Shown: piece after piece, positions 13,090 through 26,315 of the stretch
Layout: each line of letters begins with the position of its first letter
How positions within the stretch are numbered: the stretch's first letter is position 1
From: Felis catus
Taxonomy: Eukaryota
Assembly: GCF_018350175.1 (NCBI RefSeq)
Contig: NC_058368.1
Location: forward strand, 199,146,001 to 199,210,000
DNA length: 64,000 nt
Direction of reading: 5' to 3'
Notes under the pieces: model-generated
The model's input: only the letters and a program-made list of their open reading frames with translations
Database searches by the model: none
Told to the model about the DNA's origin: nothing
Translations under genes and position numbers: made by a program

Positions 13090-14080
13090 CCTCACAGGCC
13101 CAGAGTACAGGAGCCCAGGAGGCAGGACTGCCACCACCTTGATTTCAAAGGGCAGTACCAATGCCTAGTGAAATTATGGGAATAGTCATCTGGCAGAGCC
13201 ATGGGGAATAACCTCCACACTGTGGAGAAACATAGCACGGGCATAACCACTGCAAAGAGCAACAGGTGGGCATGATCTCTGAACTGTGGGGGTAATGTTG
13301 CCATACCAGTAGATCTGGAATATGGGACCTCCACCCCAGTGGGTCTAGAGGGTAAAACATGAAGCCAAAGTAAATTATTCTTAAGCCTTAAGGTTTAACA
13401 TTTCCCTTGTTAGGTTTTGGACTTACTTGGGACCCAGGTAAGCTCTTTTATCTTTCCTATTTCTTTCTTTTGGAGTAAAATGTCTGTCCTGTGCCTGTGC
13501 CTGTATTTTGGAAACATAGAACTTGTTTGGTTTCATAGGTCTACAGGTAGAAGGAAATTTGCCTCAGGATGAATGATATCTTTAATGTCACTCCTATTTG
13601 GTTTAGATGTAGATGAGACTTTAGAGGTGATGAGGAAACAGCTTAAGGCTTCAGAGTTGTGGGATGGAATGAATGTATTTTGCATACAAGAAAGGCATAA
13701 AAGTGTGGTGGTGGAGTGTTAAAGAATGAATGTTTGTGTTTGTGAATGTTTGTGTTCTCCCCACCCAAATTTATATATTGAAATTCTAACTCCCAACACG
13801 ATGGTATTAGGAGGTCATTGGAAGGCAATTAGGTCATGAGCTGTCATGAATGGGATCTGTAAACTTATAAGAGCCTGGAGAGCTCTCTCATCCCTTCTGA
13901 CATATGAGGATATAGCAAAAAGACAACTGTCTATGAACTCTAAAGTAGGCCGGCCCTCACCAGAACCCAACCACGCTGGCACCTTGATCTCAGACTTCCA
14001 GCCTCCAGAACTACAAGAAATATATGTTTATAAGCCATTTATTCTGTGGTAGTTTGCTATACCCATCTGAACTGGCAAAG
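13090..14080 (+). mobile_element. ERVL-MaLR (MLT1A-like) internal 3' fragment plus LTR
   Basis: LTR ~13715-14080 with cccaaatttatatattgaaattctaactccc, gctggcaccttgatctcagacttccagcctccagaact and tataagcca motifs, preceded by MaLR-int-like sequence. Confidence 0.75.
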
Positions 14081-14173
14081 GAATATAGTATATAAACTCC
14101 TGACATCAATTAATCAGAGACTACAATGCAGCCATTCATGGAATCTATCACTGTTAAAGAAAAATGATGTTCT

Positions 14174-14559
14174 GAAAAGATGCTCAATGTCACTCATCAT
14201 CAGGGAAATACAAATGAAAACCACACTGAGATACCACCTCACAACAGTCAGAGTGGCTAAAATTAACAACTCACGAAACAACAGATGTTGTAAAGGATGT
14301 GGAGAAAGGGGAACCCTCTTGCACTGTTAGTGGGAATGCAAACTGGTGCAGCTGCTCTGACATACAGTGGGGTGGTTCCTCAAAAAATTAAAAACAGAAC
14401 TACCTTATGACTCAGCAATAGCACTACTAGGAATGTATCCAAAGGATACAGGAGTGCTGATTCATAGGGGCACATGTACCCCAATGTTTATAGCAGTGCT
14501 ATCAACATCAGCCAAATTATGGAAAGAGCCTAAATGTCCACCAACTGATGAATGGATAA

Positions 14560-14634
<75 letters not shown>

Positions 14635-15075
14635 GGAATGCTACTTGGCAGTGAGAAAGAATGAAATCATGCCATTTGCAGCAATGTGGATGGAACTAGA
14701 AGGTATTATGTTAAGTGAAATAACTCAATCAGAGAAAAACAGGTATCATATGTTTTCACTCATATGTGGAACTTGAGAAATGTAACAGAAGACAGTGGAA
14801 GAAGGGAAGGGGAAAAAATAGTTACAAACAGAGAGGGAGGGAGGCAAACCATAAGAGACTCTCAAATACAGAGAACAAGCTGAGGGTTGATTGGCAGGGG
14901 TGGGGGAGAGGGGAAAATGAGTGATGGGCATTGAGGAGGGCACTTGTTGGGATGAGCACTGGGTGTTGCATGTAAGTGATGAAGCACAGGAATTTACCCT
15001 CAAAACCAAGAGCACACTTTACACACTGTATGTTAGCCAATTTGACAATAAATTGTATTTAAAAAAGAGAGAGAG
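14174..15075 (+). mobile_element. 5'-truncated felid LINE-1 3' end with (TA)n(CA)n expansion at 14562-14632
   Basis: ORF2 C-terminal motifs, TSD-like aaatgatgttc/aaatgatgctc. Confidence 0.93.
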
Positions 15076-15424
15076 GGAAATGATGCTCATACTGAAGACG
15101 TGATGGTTTAAAACTATAAAGATAGACTCAGTTCCACCTTGTGACTATCTTCTTTGGTTTTAGACAGAATATAATTTCCTTCATGTATACATACTTTGTT
15201 ATTATAAGGATTATAAAATTTCCATATTCAAGCTCTTGAAGTTTTAGGAGTTGATAATTATGTATTGAAAATGAAAAATGTCAGCAGATATTACATTGTA
15301 ACCTATTGGCAATTTTCTCTAGGGATTTCACATAAGAGTAAATTTGAGTTAGATATTAACAAATCTAACTATCTCATATCATTCCGTATCCATACATTAT
15401 TTCATTGATTTTCCATAAAACCAT

Positions 15425-15582
15425 TAATTGAGGTATAATTGACTTACAGTTTATATTATTTTCAGGTGTACTAGTGATTTGACATTTATACATTATGGAA
15501 TGCTTATCATGATATGTGTAGTTATCATATAAAGTTATTACAATATTATTGACTATATTCCCTGTATTATTGACTATATTCA
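15425..15582 (-). mobile_element. Short L1 3'-UTR fragment, near copy of 16026-16165
   Basis: Direct sequence comparison within the window. Confidence 0.8.
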
Positions 15583-16023
15583 AGTATCCATAACAGGTGA
15601 GCTAAGTCCTGTTTATTAATTATAAACACAGTTTTAAAAGTTAAACTGTATATTATTAGGTCCTACTCCTACCTGTAGGCATCCTGATCCTCCTTTATCT
15701 TTCTCCCATTATGATTAAGGTTAAAAAAAAGTACTTAAATAGAAACTCTAGAAGGCACACATAAATTTAGCCTAATGCCTGGCCACAAATGAATGATGTG
15801 AATTTTCATGAAGGAGAGTGCCCAACATTTATGAAGTATCTACGAGTGCTTATTTATTCAATTTCATTTGATAACACCTAAAGTGTAGAGGTCAAGTATA
15901 AGTGTCACATCTGACTTTTGATCTAAAGATTGTCTTAAGAATGCTGTGCTTTTTGTTTTCCTCCAAAGGGATACAAAAACTGATAAATTTATTTATTTAT
16001 TTACTTGTTTATTTTTTACTGAT

Positions 16024-18180
16024 TTTTAATTGAAGTATACTTGACTTATAGTTTATATTATTTTCAGGTGTACTAGTGATTTGACATTGATACATTATGG
16101 AATGCTTATCAGGATATGTGTAGTTATACAAACTTATTACAGTATTATTGACTATATTTCCTGTGCTGCACTTTATATCCCCATGACCTATTCATTCTAT
16201 AACTGGATGTTTGTACCTCTGAATCCTCTTCAACTATTTTGCCCATCCTCCCTCCCTCCCTTTCCTGTGACAACCACCCGTTTGTTCTATGTATTTGAGT
16301 CTATTTCTGTTTTCTTTTGTTCATTTGTTGTTTTACATTTAGATTTAGTGAAATTACATGGCATTTTCTTTTCTGTCCTATTTCATTTAGCATAATGAAA
16401 TGAACCCTCTAGGTTCATCCATGTTGCTGCAAAGGGCAAGATTTCATTTTTTTTTTTATGGCTAATATTCCACTGCATACATATACACCACATCTTGTTT
16501 ATCCATTCATTATCCATCAGTGGATACTTAGGTTGCTTCCATATCTTGGCTATTGTAAAGAATGCTGCAATAAACATAGAGGTGCATATGTATTTTTGAA
16601 TTATTGTTGTTACTTTCTTTGGGTAAATACCCGGAAGTGATATGACTAGATTGAGTGGTATTTCTAATTTTACTTTTTTGAGGAACCTCCATACTGTTTT
16701 TATAGTGACTGTACCAACTTACAGTCTCACCAACAGTGTAGTTCCCTTTTCTCCACAACCTTGCTAACACTTGTTATCTCTTGTTTTTTTGATACCAGCC
16801 ATTCTGGCAGGTGTGAGGTGATGTGTCATTGTGGTTTTGATTTGCATTTCCATGAGGATTCCTGATGTTGAGCATGTTTTTCATGTGTCTGTTGGCTATC
16901 CGTATGTCTTCCTTGGAAAAATGTCTACTTAGGTCCTCTGCCCAATTGTATCCGGTTGTTTGGGTTTGGTTTTTTTGGCATTGAGTTGTATTAGTTCTTT
17001 ATATGCTTTGGATATTAACCCCTTACTGCATATATCATTTGCAAATATTTTCCCTTATCGAAGTATTTTGCCTTTTTTGTTTTGTTGATCCTTTCCTTTG
17101 CGGTGTAGAGGCTTTATAATTTGGTATAGTCATTATTTATGTTTGCTTTTCTTGTCTTTGCTTTTGTTTTCAGATGTGAAAAGTCACTGCCAAGACTGAT
17201 GTCAAGGAGGTTACTGTCCTGTGTTTTCTTCTAGGCTTTATGGTTTCAGATCTCACATTTATGTCCTCAATTCATTTAGAGTTTATTTTTGTGTCTGGTG
17301 GCAGTAAGAAAGCAATCCAGTTTACATGTGGCTGTTCAGTTTTCCCAACACCATTTATTGAAGAGACGGTCTTTTCCCCATTTTATATTCCTGCCTCCTT
17401 TGTTACAGATTAATTGGCCATATAAGCATGGGTTTATTTCTGGGTTCCCTATTCTGTTCTATTGATCTTTATGTCTATTTTTGTGCCAATACCATACTGT
17501 TTTGATTATTATACTTTTGTAGACTAGTTTGAACTCTGAAATTGTGATACCTCCAGCCTTGTTCTTCTTTCTCAAGATTGCTTTGGCTTTTTGAGCTCTT
17601 TTGTGATTCTATACGAATTTTAGGATTATTTGTTCTGGTCCTGTGAAAAACGCTGTTGGCATTTTGATAGAGATTTCATTGAATTTGTTATTGCTTAGGG
17701 TAGTATGAGCATTTTAACAATATTCTTCCAAAACTTGAGCATGATATATCTTTCCATTTGCTTGTGTCATCTTCAATTTCTTTCATCAATGGGTTTCACC
17801 TCCTTGGTTAAATATATTCCTAGGTATTTTATTCCTTTTCAATGAAATTGTAAATGGGATTGTTTTCTCAATTTCTCTTTTTATTTCATTATTAGTATAT
17901 AGGAACACAATAGGAGTGCCTGGCTGGCCCATTTGGTAGACATGTAACTCTTGATCTCAGGGTTGTAAGTTTGAGCCCCATGATGGGCATAGACTTTACT
18001 TAAAAAAAAAATCTTAAAAATGCAATGGATTTCTGTATATTATTTTTTTGTATTCATTTATAAGCTTTAATCTATATATTTTGGTGGAGTCTTTAGGATT
18101 TTCTATACATAGTATCATGTCATCTGTAAATGTATAGTGGCATTTTTACCGTTTCCGCTTACCATTTGGATGCCTTTTCT
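16024..18180 (-). mobile_element. Carnivore LINE-1 3' portion
   Basis: MFIAAFFTIAKIWKQPKYP...EILPFAATWMNLEG ORF2 C-terminal remnant. Confidence 0.92.
17912..18018 (+). mobile_element. Short old CanSINE
   Basis: tRNA-like head (actcttgatctcagggttgtaagtttgagcccca) and A tail. Confidence 0.8.
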
Positions 18181-18486
18181 TGGCTTAAGCAGGCCAAACT
18201 TTATCACAGTCTGATAAAAATGGGCATGTGACCATTCTAGGGAACTGTTCAAAAGGAGAGGCCATATGAAGCGTCATTGTGATAAAATTGGTTTTATAAA
18301 CTTGTATAAGATACTCCCTATCCTGCAAGTTTCAATTAGATCTATTATCTTTGAAGGTCCTTCTAAAATGTAATCATTCATGTACCTACTGATAACTACA
18401 TAGTGCCAAACAAACCGGTCAGAGAGATTGACGGTTTAAGGAGTGAGGTAGTTCTAGGACACCTTTCATGGCTTTTCCCATGTTTT

Positions 18487-18835
18487 GGATTATCTGAGTG
18501 GGGCCTAAATGTAATCACAAAGTCCTTACAAAAGAGAGGCAGAAGGAAATTTGACCTAAGGGTAAGAAGGTAATAGGGCAACAAAAGCAAAATATCCTTG
18601 GCTTCAAAAATGGAGGAAGGGACTACAAGTCAAGAAAGGGAGCTCTAGAACTAGAAAAGGCTAGGAAATGGATTCTCCTCTAGATCTTGTGTAGAGTGTC
18701 CTGCCAACACCCTATTTTTGGCCCAGCAAAACTGATTTTGGAGTTCTGATCTCTAAAACTACAGAATAACTGTGTGTTATTTTCAGCCACCATGTTTGTG
18801 GCAATTTGATATAGCAACCATAAGAAACTAATACA
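18487..18835 (+). mobile_element. MaLR MLT1-type LTR
   Basis: ggattatctgagtgggcctaaatgtaatcacaa...gtggcaatttgatatagcaaccataagaaactaataca. Confidence 0.8.
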
Positions 18836-19926
18836 AAACTAAATAGCCTTCTACTGATTTGCAGAACCACATTATCCTTATGAAATTGCATCTAATTTTA
18901 TTCAATTTCCTTTTCTGATATTCTACTAATCTTGCTCCTAAGCACCTAGCAACCTACAAAGAAGTATGCAGCCTGTTAGCTTTATTAGACATCCCGTTTC
19001 ATTATAAAACAAAATCCTACATTGGCCTCCTCTATTCCTTGTTTGCCACATCTTCCTTTTTGCTTACCAAAAATATTTTTCCCAAGGGATTGTCCTTGAC
19101 TTCTCACTTTTCCTCATAATCCTGTACTTGTCATTCTATTCATTGCCATAGCTTGATCAACAGGCCCATCTGTTGATCTCCAGACCTACATTTCTAATGG
19201 TCTGCTGTAAATCTTCAGCGGGGTAGCTCATTGGCATCCAGCATTCAACATAACTAGAAATGAATTCATCATCCCGTGATAGATTTATAAACAGAAAACC
19301 AAATCACACCAGGAAATGAATGTTTCATCAAATAAGGCATGTTAAGAATTTTGTTTTGTTTTGTTTTACACAATAATGGAAAACTAGAGAAGTATCTGAT
19401 TTGGGGGGGGTTTGCAGATGTCAATTTTGAGTAATATTTTTCAGCATTTCTTCACTTTGCTTTGTTCCAACCTAGTTATGGTGCAAATGACTGCAGGAAT
19501 GGAAAATCTGAGTTTTAGACTATACTGTATTTAAATTATAACAATACAGTTTTCTCAAGTTTCAAAAACTTTGTATATGCTTGCTTTTCTATTATCAAAT
19601 GCTCACAGATCATGAACTTCACCCAGTGATGCTTTGACATCATACTGAGGTTTGTTTTCATGTCTAAATCAACTTTACTGAGGTATAATTTACATACACT
19701 AAGATGTACTTATTTTAAGTATAGAACTAACGGAGCACTTTCTAAGGTATAGTAAGGAAAAATCAAAATAAAAAAGAGTACATATGCTCCCTTTTGTGTA
19801 AGAAAGGAAAATATAAATATGTATATATCTTTGCTTTTGCAAAATGAAACATAGGAAGGATAAATCAGAAAATAAAATTGGTTAAACTGCATAGAGTAGG
19901 TGAGATGGGACTCCTTGGAGTACAAC

Positions 19927-20130
19927 TTTTTTTTTTTTTATTTAATGTTTATTGCTGAGAGAAAGACAGAATGTGAATGGGGAGGGGCAGAGAGAGAGGG
20001 AGATAAAGAATTCGAAGCAGGCTCCAGGCTCTGAGCTGTTAGAACACGACTCAGGCTCAAAACCCATGAACCATGAGGTCATGACCTAAGCCGAAGTCAG
20101 ATGCTTAACTGACTGAGCCACGCAGGGCCC
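19927..20130 (-). mobile_element. CanSINE
   Basis: TSD gagtacaactttt. Confidence 0.92.
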
Positions 20131-20196
20131 CAGAGTACAACTTTTTAATACAGTTTTGATTTTTGAACACGTTATACTTTTAAATATTAAAAAAAA

Positions 20197-20396
20197 TTTT
20201 TTTAATGTTTATTCATTTTTAAGAGGGACAGAGCATGAGTGGGGGAAGGGCAGAAAGAGGGAGACACAGAATCTGAAGCAGGCTCTGGGCTCTGAGCTGT
20301 CAGCACAGAGCCCGACGTGGGGCTTGAACTCACGAACTGCGAGATCATGACCTGAGCTGGAGTCTGATGCTTAACCGACAGTCACTTAGGCGCCCC
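20197..20396 (-). mobile_element. CanSINE
   Basis: SINE consensus motifs. Confidence 0.9.
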
Positions 20397-20917
20397 GTAA
20401 TTTTACATATTTTTTAAAAATCACCAAGAAAAAACACATAGATGAATGCAAAGGAACAAATGAACCTAATTGTACATGAAAATTGACAATGTGAACATTT
20501 AATTCAAGTAACTTGGGACACAGTACTCTGACTCTGTGAGTTTTTATCTGAAGACAAGAATCGTGAAGAAATCTTGAACTTTACCTGGTAGCTTGTTACT
20601 GGTGGTATTAGTGATTTTAAACCAGTTTTGTGTGTATTGTAGAATAAATGAATAATGCATTGATGTTAGGTAGCAGGATTCTCGTTGTGAGAGAAGGGTG
20701 ATAAAACATGAAATGGGGTATGGGGTGCAGAAGAGCAACTCTGAGCAACTAGAATGAAATTGGAGATTATTTGTGTGTGTGTGGGGGGGGGTAGTGGTTG
20801 GACAGTGATCTTATGTGCCACCAAAAGTGATTCTTTGAGAGTATAAAATCATTACTGATGATGTTAAGTATGATCACTTGGTTAAAGTGGTACATACCAG
20901 ACTTCTTCATCATAATT

Positions 20918-21039
20918 GTTTTTTGTAGGCTTCATGCCCAGAGCAAAGCCCAACATGGGGCTTGAACTCATGACCCTGATATCAAGACCTGAGCTGAAAT
21001 CAAGAGTCACTTAACTGACTGAGCTATACAGGCACCCCC
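20918..21039 (-). mobile_element. Short CanSINE
   Basis: SINE consensus motifs. Confidence 0.8.
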
Positions 21040-21319
21040 ATAAAAGTACTTTTATCTCTTTTGGCTAGAAGTCATTTATGGATTGATTTTTGAGACTACA
21101 TAAATTCTGTTTTCCAACAAAGTTTCACCAGATTGTTTTGGCATTCTTTGGATTGTTACCAAAATGTTTAGTTTGAACCTTTCATGAGGAAACAATGAGA
21201 GAAATCCAAATTGTGAAACACTGTATGAAATGACTGGCCTGAAATCTTTAAAATTGCCCAGTGTCATGAAAGAAACAATTCAGCAGGTGAACTGTTCATG
21301 ATTAAAGGAAAGTAAACTT

Positions 21320-21530
21320 GGGGCTCCTTGGTGGCTCAGCTGGTTGAGTGACCTACTTTAGCTCAGGTCATGAGCTCACGATTTGTGAGTTCGAGCCCTG
21401 CATCAGGCTCTGTGCTGACAGCTCAGAGCGGGGAGCCTACTTCAGATTCTGCGTCTCTCCCTCTCTCTGCCCCTCCCCTGCTCATGCTCTCTCTCTCAAT
21501 AAAACGTTAAAAAAATTAAAAAAAAAATAA
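21320..21530 (+). mobile_element. CanSINE within old L1 3' sequence
   Basis: SINE consensus motifs, A tail. Confidence 0.9.
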
Positions 21531-21862
21531 ATTCAATGCAAGATTATTGATTGGATCCAGATTTTAAGAAAATCAGTGCAAAAAACAATATTGGAGCAAC
21601 CTCGTTAGATCAGAAAGAATATTGTTCCATTGTATCAGTGGTTAAATTTTTTTTATTGTTGATAATGCTATTATGGTATACAGAAGAATGATGTCTTTTT
21701 TCAGGAGGGACACATCCTGAAGTATTTAGAGGTGACATCATGATGTATGCATCTTAGTTTTAAATGAAACTTATGTGGTGGAAGGGAAGGAAAATACATG
21801 TGACAAAACGGTTTAAAAAATATTAGGGTCTTAAAAAAAAAAGCATTTAAAAATAACTCTTT

Positions 21863-21973
21863 GGGGCACCTGGCTGGCCTTAGTCAGTGGAGCATGTGAA
21901 TCTTGATCTCGGGGTTGTTGGTTTGAACCCCACATTGGGTACAGAGATTACTGAAAAATAAAATCTTTAAAAA
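21863..21973 (+). mobile_element. Short old CanSINE
   Basis: TSD-like aataactc. Confidence 0.85.
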
Positions 21974-22399
21974 GAATAACTCATTAGTGCCTGGTGCAAT
22001 TTTTAGATGGGTGTAAACAACATCGATACAAGCACCTATTGACTAGAATCCCAGTAAATACCCACTAACAATTTCAAAGATGTATCAAGTGAAAACCAGG
22101 AGAGAGTAGATGTATGTATGGTTTGTATTCAGAATCCTCTAAATAATCAAACTGACAGTTGTTTATTCAGTTTTCTCAGGAATGAGTGAGCCTTTGTGGA
22201 AGACAGAAACTATAATTCTTACTCTTAGATAAGTTAGATTTATAAAAATATAAAAGATAAATATTAGAAAAATCTGAACGTTAAAAAACAAAGTTAAATT
22301 GTCCATTAGGTATCATGTTATAGAAAAATGTCACGGGAAAACATACACTCAATTAAAAAGTGTTTGATACTAAATTTTGTTTTAGAAAATATATGTACA

Positions 22400-22600
22400 G
22401 GGGCGCCTGGGTGGCTCAGTTAAGCGTCCAACTGTTGATTTGGCTCAGGTCATGATCTCATGGTTAGTGAGATTGAGCCCTGCATGGGGCTCTGTGCTGA
22501 CAGTATGGAGCCTGCTTGGGGTTCTCTGTCTCCCTCACTTTCTGCCCCTCTCCTGCTCACATGCATGCTCTCTCTCAAAATAAATATTTTATTTAAAAAA
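22400..22600 (+). mobile_element. CanSINE
   Basis: TSD aaaatat(a/g)tgtaca. Confidence 0.92.
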
Positions 22601-22756
22601 TATGTGTACATTGTTATTGTAATTTGTTTTCTAAAAAGAACATGTGTATGTAGGGAATAGAAAAAATAGATGCACACCAATTGTATTACAATGGCCATCT
22701 TGGAATGGGAGGAATTTGTGATTATACTCATCTTTGAATTCTATATAGATCAAGTA

Positions 22757-22970
22757 TTTTTTTAATTTTTTTAATGTTTACTTACTGAGAGAGAGACAGA
22801 GAACAAGACGGGGAGGGGCAGAGAGACAGAGGGAGACACAGAATCTGAAGCAGGGTCCAGGCTCTGATCTGTCAGCACAGAGCCCAATGCAGGGCTTGAA
22901 CTCACGAACTGGGAAATCATGACCTGAGCCAAAGTCAGACGTTTAACTGACTGAGCCACCCAGGTGCCCC
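22757..22970 (-). mobile_element. CanSINE
   Basis: TSD tagatcaagtattttt. Confidence 0.93.
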
Positions 22971-23038
22971 TAGATCAAGTATTTTTGCAACACTTTTATA
23001 ATCATAGTACAAATATTTTATTTTTTATTTAAAAAAAA

Positions 23039-23255
23039 TTTTTTTTAACGTTTATTCATCTTTGAGAGAGCATGAGCAGGGAAGGGGCAGAGAGAGGGAG
23101 ACACAGAATCCAAAGCAGGCTCCAAGGTCCGAGCAGTCAGCACAGAGCCTGGAGCCAGCTTCCGATTCTGTGTCTTCCTCTCTCTCTGCCTCTCCCTGCT
23201 CATGCTCTGGCTCTGGCTTTGTCTCAAAAATAAATAAAACATTAAGAAAAAAAAA
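23039..23255. repeat. Fused palindromic SINE: two 3' halves head-to-head, one 5' head missing from each
   Basis: A minus-strand SINE body switches to a plus-strand body at cagagcc (23143-23149), with poly(T) on the left and poly(A) on the right. Confidence 0.88.
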
Positions 23256-24466
23256 GAATTCTAATACACAGTTTAAAGTACACAGCAATATATGCTAAGC
23301 ACCAAACTGTCCTGTCAGTTCTGCCAGAACGTCATAGGGCTGGAGCACTCAAAGACCTCTTCCTTCAAGATACAGAAGAACTCCCACACAATGTTGTAGT
23401 TTCCTGTATATGACACAGTAAGTGCTCTTCGGCCATTGTGAATATATCATTTGATGTTCACCTATCCCATTAGATAAATTCCTCCATTTTGGAGATGAGG
23501 AAACAGGAGATTTAGAGAAACTTAACTTTATAGGGATCACTGAATGAGTGGTTGAACCATAATTCAATCTTTACTCATTCAAAATGACTAGCGTTGCTGG
23601 CAGAATAGAAGCTCCCACGTTAGGTCCACAAGTAATAGGAGAACAGGGACCTTGTCAGACTTGTTCCACTGTGGCTCCAGGGTGTAACATAGTATATAAT
23701 GTAGTACATAGCACATAGTAGTCATCAAATAAAAACTTATGTTAATGAATAGGTCACTTCTTTGTCACTACAGTTTACAACTAAAAACTAGATAAACTGT
23801 GTTTCAAATTCAGTCAATAAAGGCAATAGCTTGGTATCTACAATTGAAATGATAACGCCAAAATTTTTACATTAAAATAGAGTGAAAAAGTAAGACAAAT
23901 TTGCGGCAATAGTATACTTTAGTAGGACTATTATTGGTAGAGTGTTTTTTATAAATTTTCTTTTACATACAGGTTTACTTAACATAAAACATATACTATA
24001 AAAACGAGGGCTGTCTGGGTTATTCTTTCTTTTCAGATCTGTCCTACCCCAAAGGAAAAAATATATATTAAAAAACAACAAATGGGGCCCCTTGATGCTA
24101 GTCTTACAGAAATAAATTATAAATTATACTAAATATGATTATAAAAGTCATTGCATGGGCAGCACCTATATAGGGTAATGAGAAAGATGGAAACAACCTA
24201 GAAGCAGAGGCTGATTTATTATATAAAAGGGACCAGATATTGCAAGAAAAAAGAACAATACTGAATTTTTTTAGCCAATCCACGAGGTTGCCTAGGAAGT
24301 TAGTTCTAGAGTTAACAGAAATAGAGTGCTGTATTTGTTAAAAGCCAAAGTTAAGGTGGAATGCTGTATCTTTTTTTGAAGAAAATTTGCCTGTATTGCC
24401 TTATTGAGATCAAAGTAGGTTTATTTTACTGAAATTTAAACTTATATTCATTGAAGTATATGTGGG

Positions 24467-24660
24467 TTTTTTTGTTTTTTGAGAGAGTGAGAGAGAGAGA
24501 GTGAGCGAGGGAGAGGGGCTAGGGGAGAAAGAGTGTCTCAAGCAGGCTCCACGCTCAGCACAGAGCCCAGTGCAGGGCTCAATCCCATGACGCTGGGGAT
24601 CATGACCTGAGCCGAAAATAAAAGCTGGACACTCAACCAACTGAGCCACCCAGGTGCCCT
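24467..24660 (-). mobile_element. CanSINE
   Basis: SINE consensus motifs. Confidence 0.9.
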
Positions 24661-25041
24661 CTATGGAATTTCTTCACAGCCATACTGTAACATTTTGCAA
24701 AGTTTATAGCTCCCTTGAAATAAAATTCTAATTAAAATCACATTAAAATATATTTCAAGCTTAAAATTACAAGATCTGAATTGTAGTGTATATTTATGTC
24801 TATTTGATTATACAAATAATACAACCTTATGGTAATACATTTCAAAGTTGAAAGACCCAAGACTCGACTCTCCCACAATCAGTGGTAAAATCACATTACT
24901 GCTTTCTTACGTGTTTTTCCCAAAACATTCTAGGTACACAGATGTAATAAGTACCTGCTGCTGCACGACCCCTGATGTTATCTACTATTGCTATTTTTTT
25001 CTACTTAGCAATATATCTTTAACAACATTCCAAACACATAA

Positions 25042-25233
25042 TTTTTTTTTTTTTTTTTTTTAGTATTTATTTTGAGAGAGAAAGTGTGCATGAGCCGGGG
25101 AGGGGTGAGGAGGGGAGGGAAAGAATCCCAAGCAGGCTTTGCACTGTCAGAGACCAACATGGGACTCATGACCACAAGATCACAACCTGAGCTGACATCC
25201 AGTGGGATACTTGACTGAGCCACCCAGGCGCCC
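25042..25233 (-). mobile_element. CanSINE
   Basis: SINE consensus motifs. Confidence 0.88.
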
Positions 25234-25416
25234 ATCTTGTTTCTAATAGCTGCATAATATCCCACCTATCTCAATTCCTCTTTTAATAAACATTTAGATT
25301 GTTCCAGCTTATTAGTTATTAGAAACCATTCTGTAGTATCTTTGTACAGTCACTTCTGTGTATATCCATGGGCTATTTGTCTAGATGAGGCTTTTCAGAA
25401 TTAAATGGAATATACA

Positions 25417-25537
25417 GGGGGCACCTGGGTGGCTCAGCTAGTTAAGCGTCCAGCTCTTAATATTGGCTCAAGTTATGATCTCCTGGTTTGTGAGTTCGAG
25501 TGCCACACTGACCATGTGGAGCCTGCTTGGGATTCTC

Positions 25538-25581
<44 letters not shown>

Positions 25582-25637
25582 TCTCCCTCCCTGCTCTTCC
25601 CCTACATGTGCCATGCACTCTCTCAAAATAAATAAAA
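25417..25637 (+). mobile_element. CanSINE
   Basis: TSD aaatggaatatacag. Confidence 0.92.
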
Positions 25638-25822
25638 ATGGAATATACAGTTAACATTTTGGAAAGAGATTGCCATTATGGCTCTTCAAAAGAAGATTGT
25701 GCAAATTTATACTTTGATGTGTCTTCTTTGCTGGGCTAGGTCAATGTAGTATTAGTGTTTTAAGAAATATAATCATGAGAAAGTACATAATTAGTATATA
25801 ACTTTCAAAACATCAAAGAATT

Positions 25823-26035
25823 TGGGGCGCCTGGGTGGCTCAGTCGGTTGAGTGGCCCACTTTGGCTCAGGTCATGATCTCACAGTCCATGAGTTCAAGC
25901 CCCGCGTCGGGCTCTGTGCTGACAGCTCGTAGCCTGTAGCCTGCTTCAGATTCTGTGTCTCTCTCTCTCTGGCCCTCCCCCGTTCATGCTATGTCTCTCT
26001 CTGTCTCAAAAATAAACATTAAAAAAAAATTAAAA
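25823..26035 (+). mobile_element. CanSINE
   Basis: TSD atcaaagaattt. Confidence 0.93.
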
Positions 26036-26124
26036 AATCAAAGAATTTATTAGCAACCCAAAAAAATCATCTGCCATTGATCATATTTCTTTATAACTAA
26101 AGTAATTAAAAGTATGGGATGTGA

Positions 26125-26315
26125 AGACAGATATGGGTTCAAGTCCCAGCTTTGGCATTTAGGACCTGTGTAATTTTGAGTAGGTTATTTAGTCCTTTAA
26201 GCCTTGATTTAGGTCTTTGCAAAATGGGGGAAATAATAGTGCCTAACAGAATTATGATAAAGATTAGTGTACAAACTGTTTAACGAAGAGACTGACAGGA
26301 GTATGTGCTTGATAA
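26125..26315 (+). mobile_element. MIR
   Basis: gggttcaagtcccagc...tgtgtaattttgagtaggttattt...aaaatggggg core. Confidence 0.65.

Noticed and set aside
2745..18180. L1 ORF2-like ORFs as active retrotransposon genes
   Set aside because: All copies are 5'-truncated or fragmented by stops and frameshifts.
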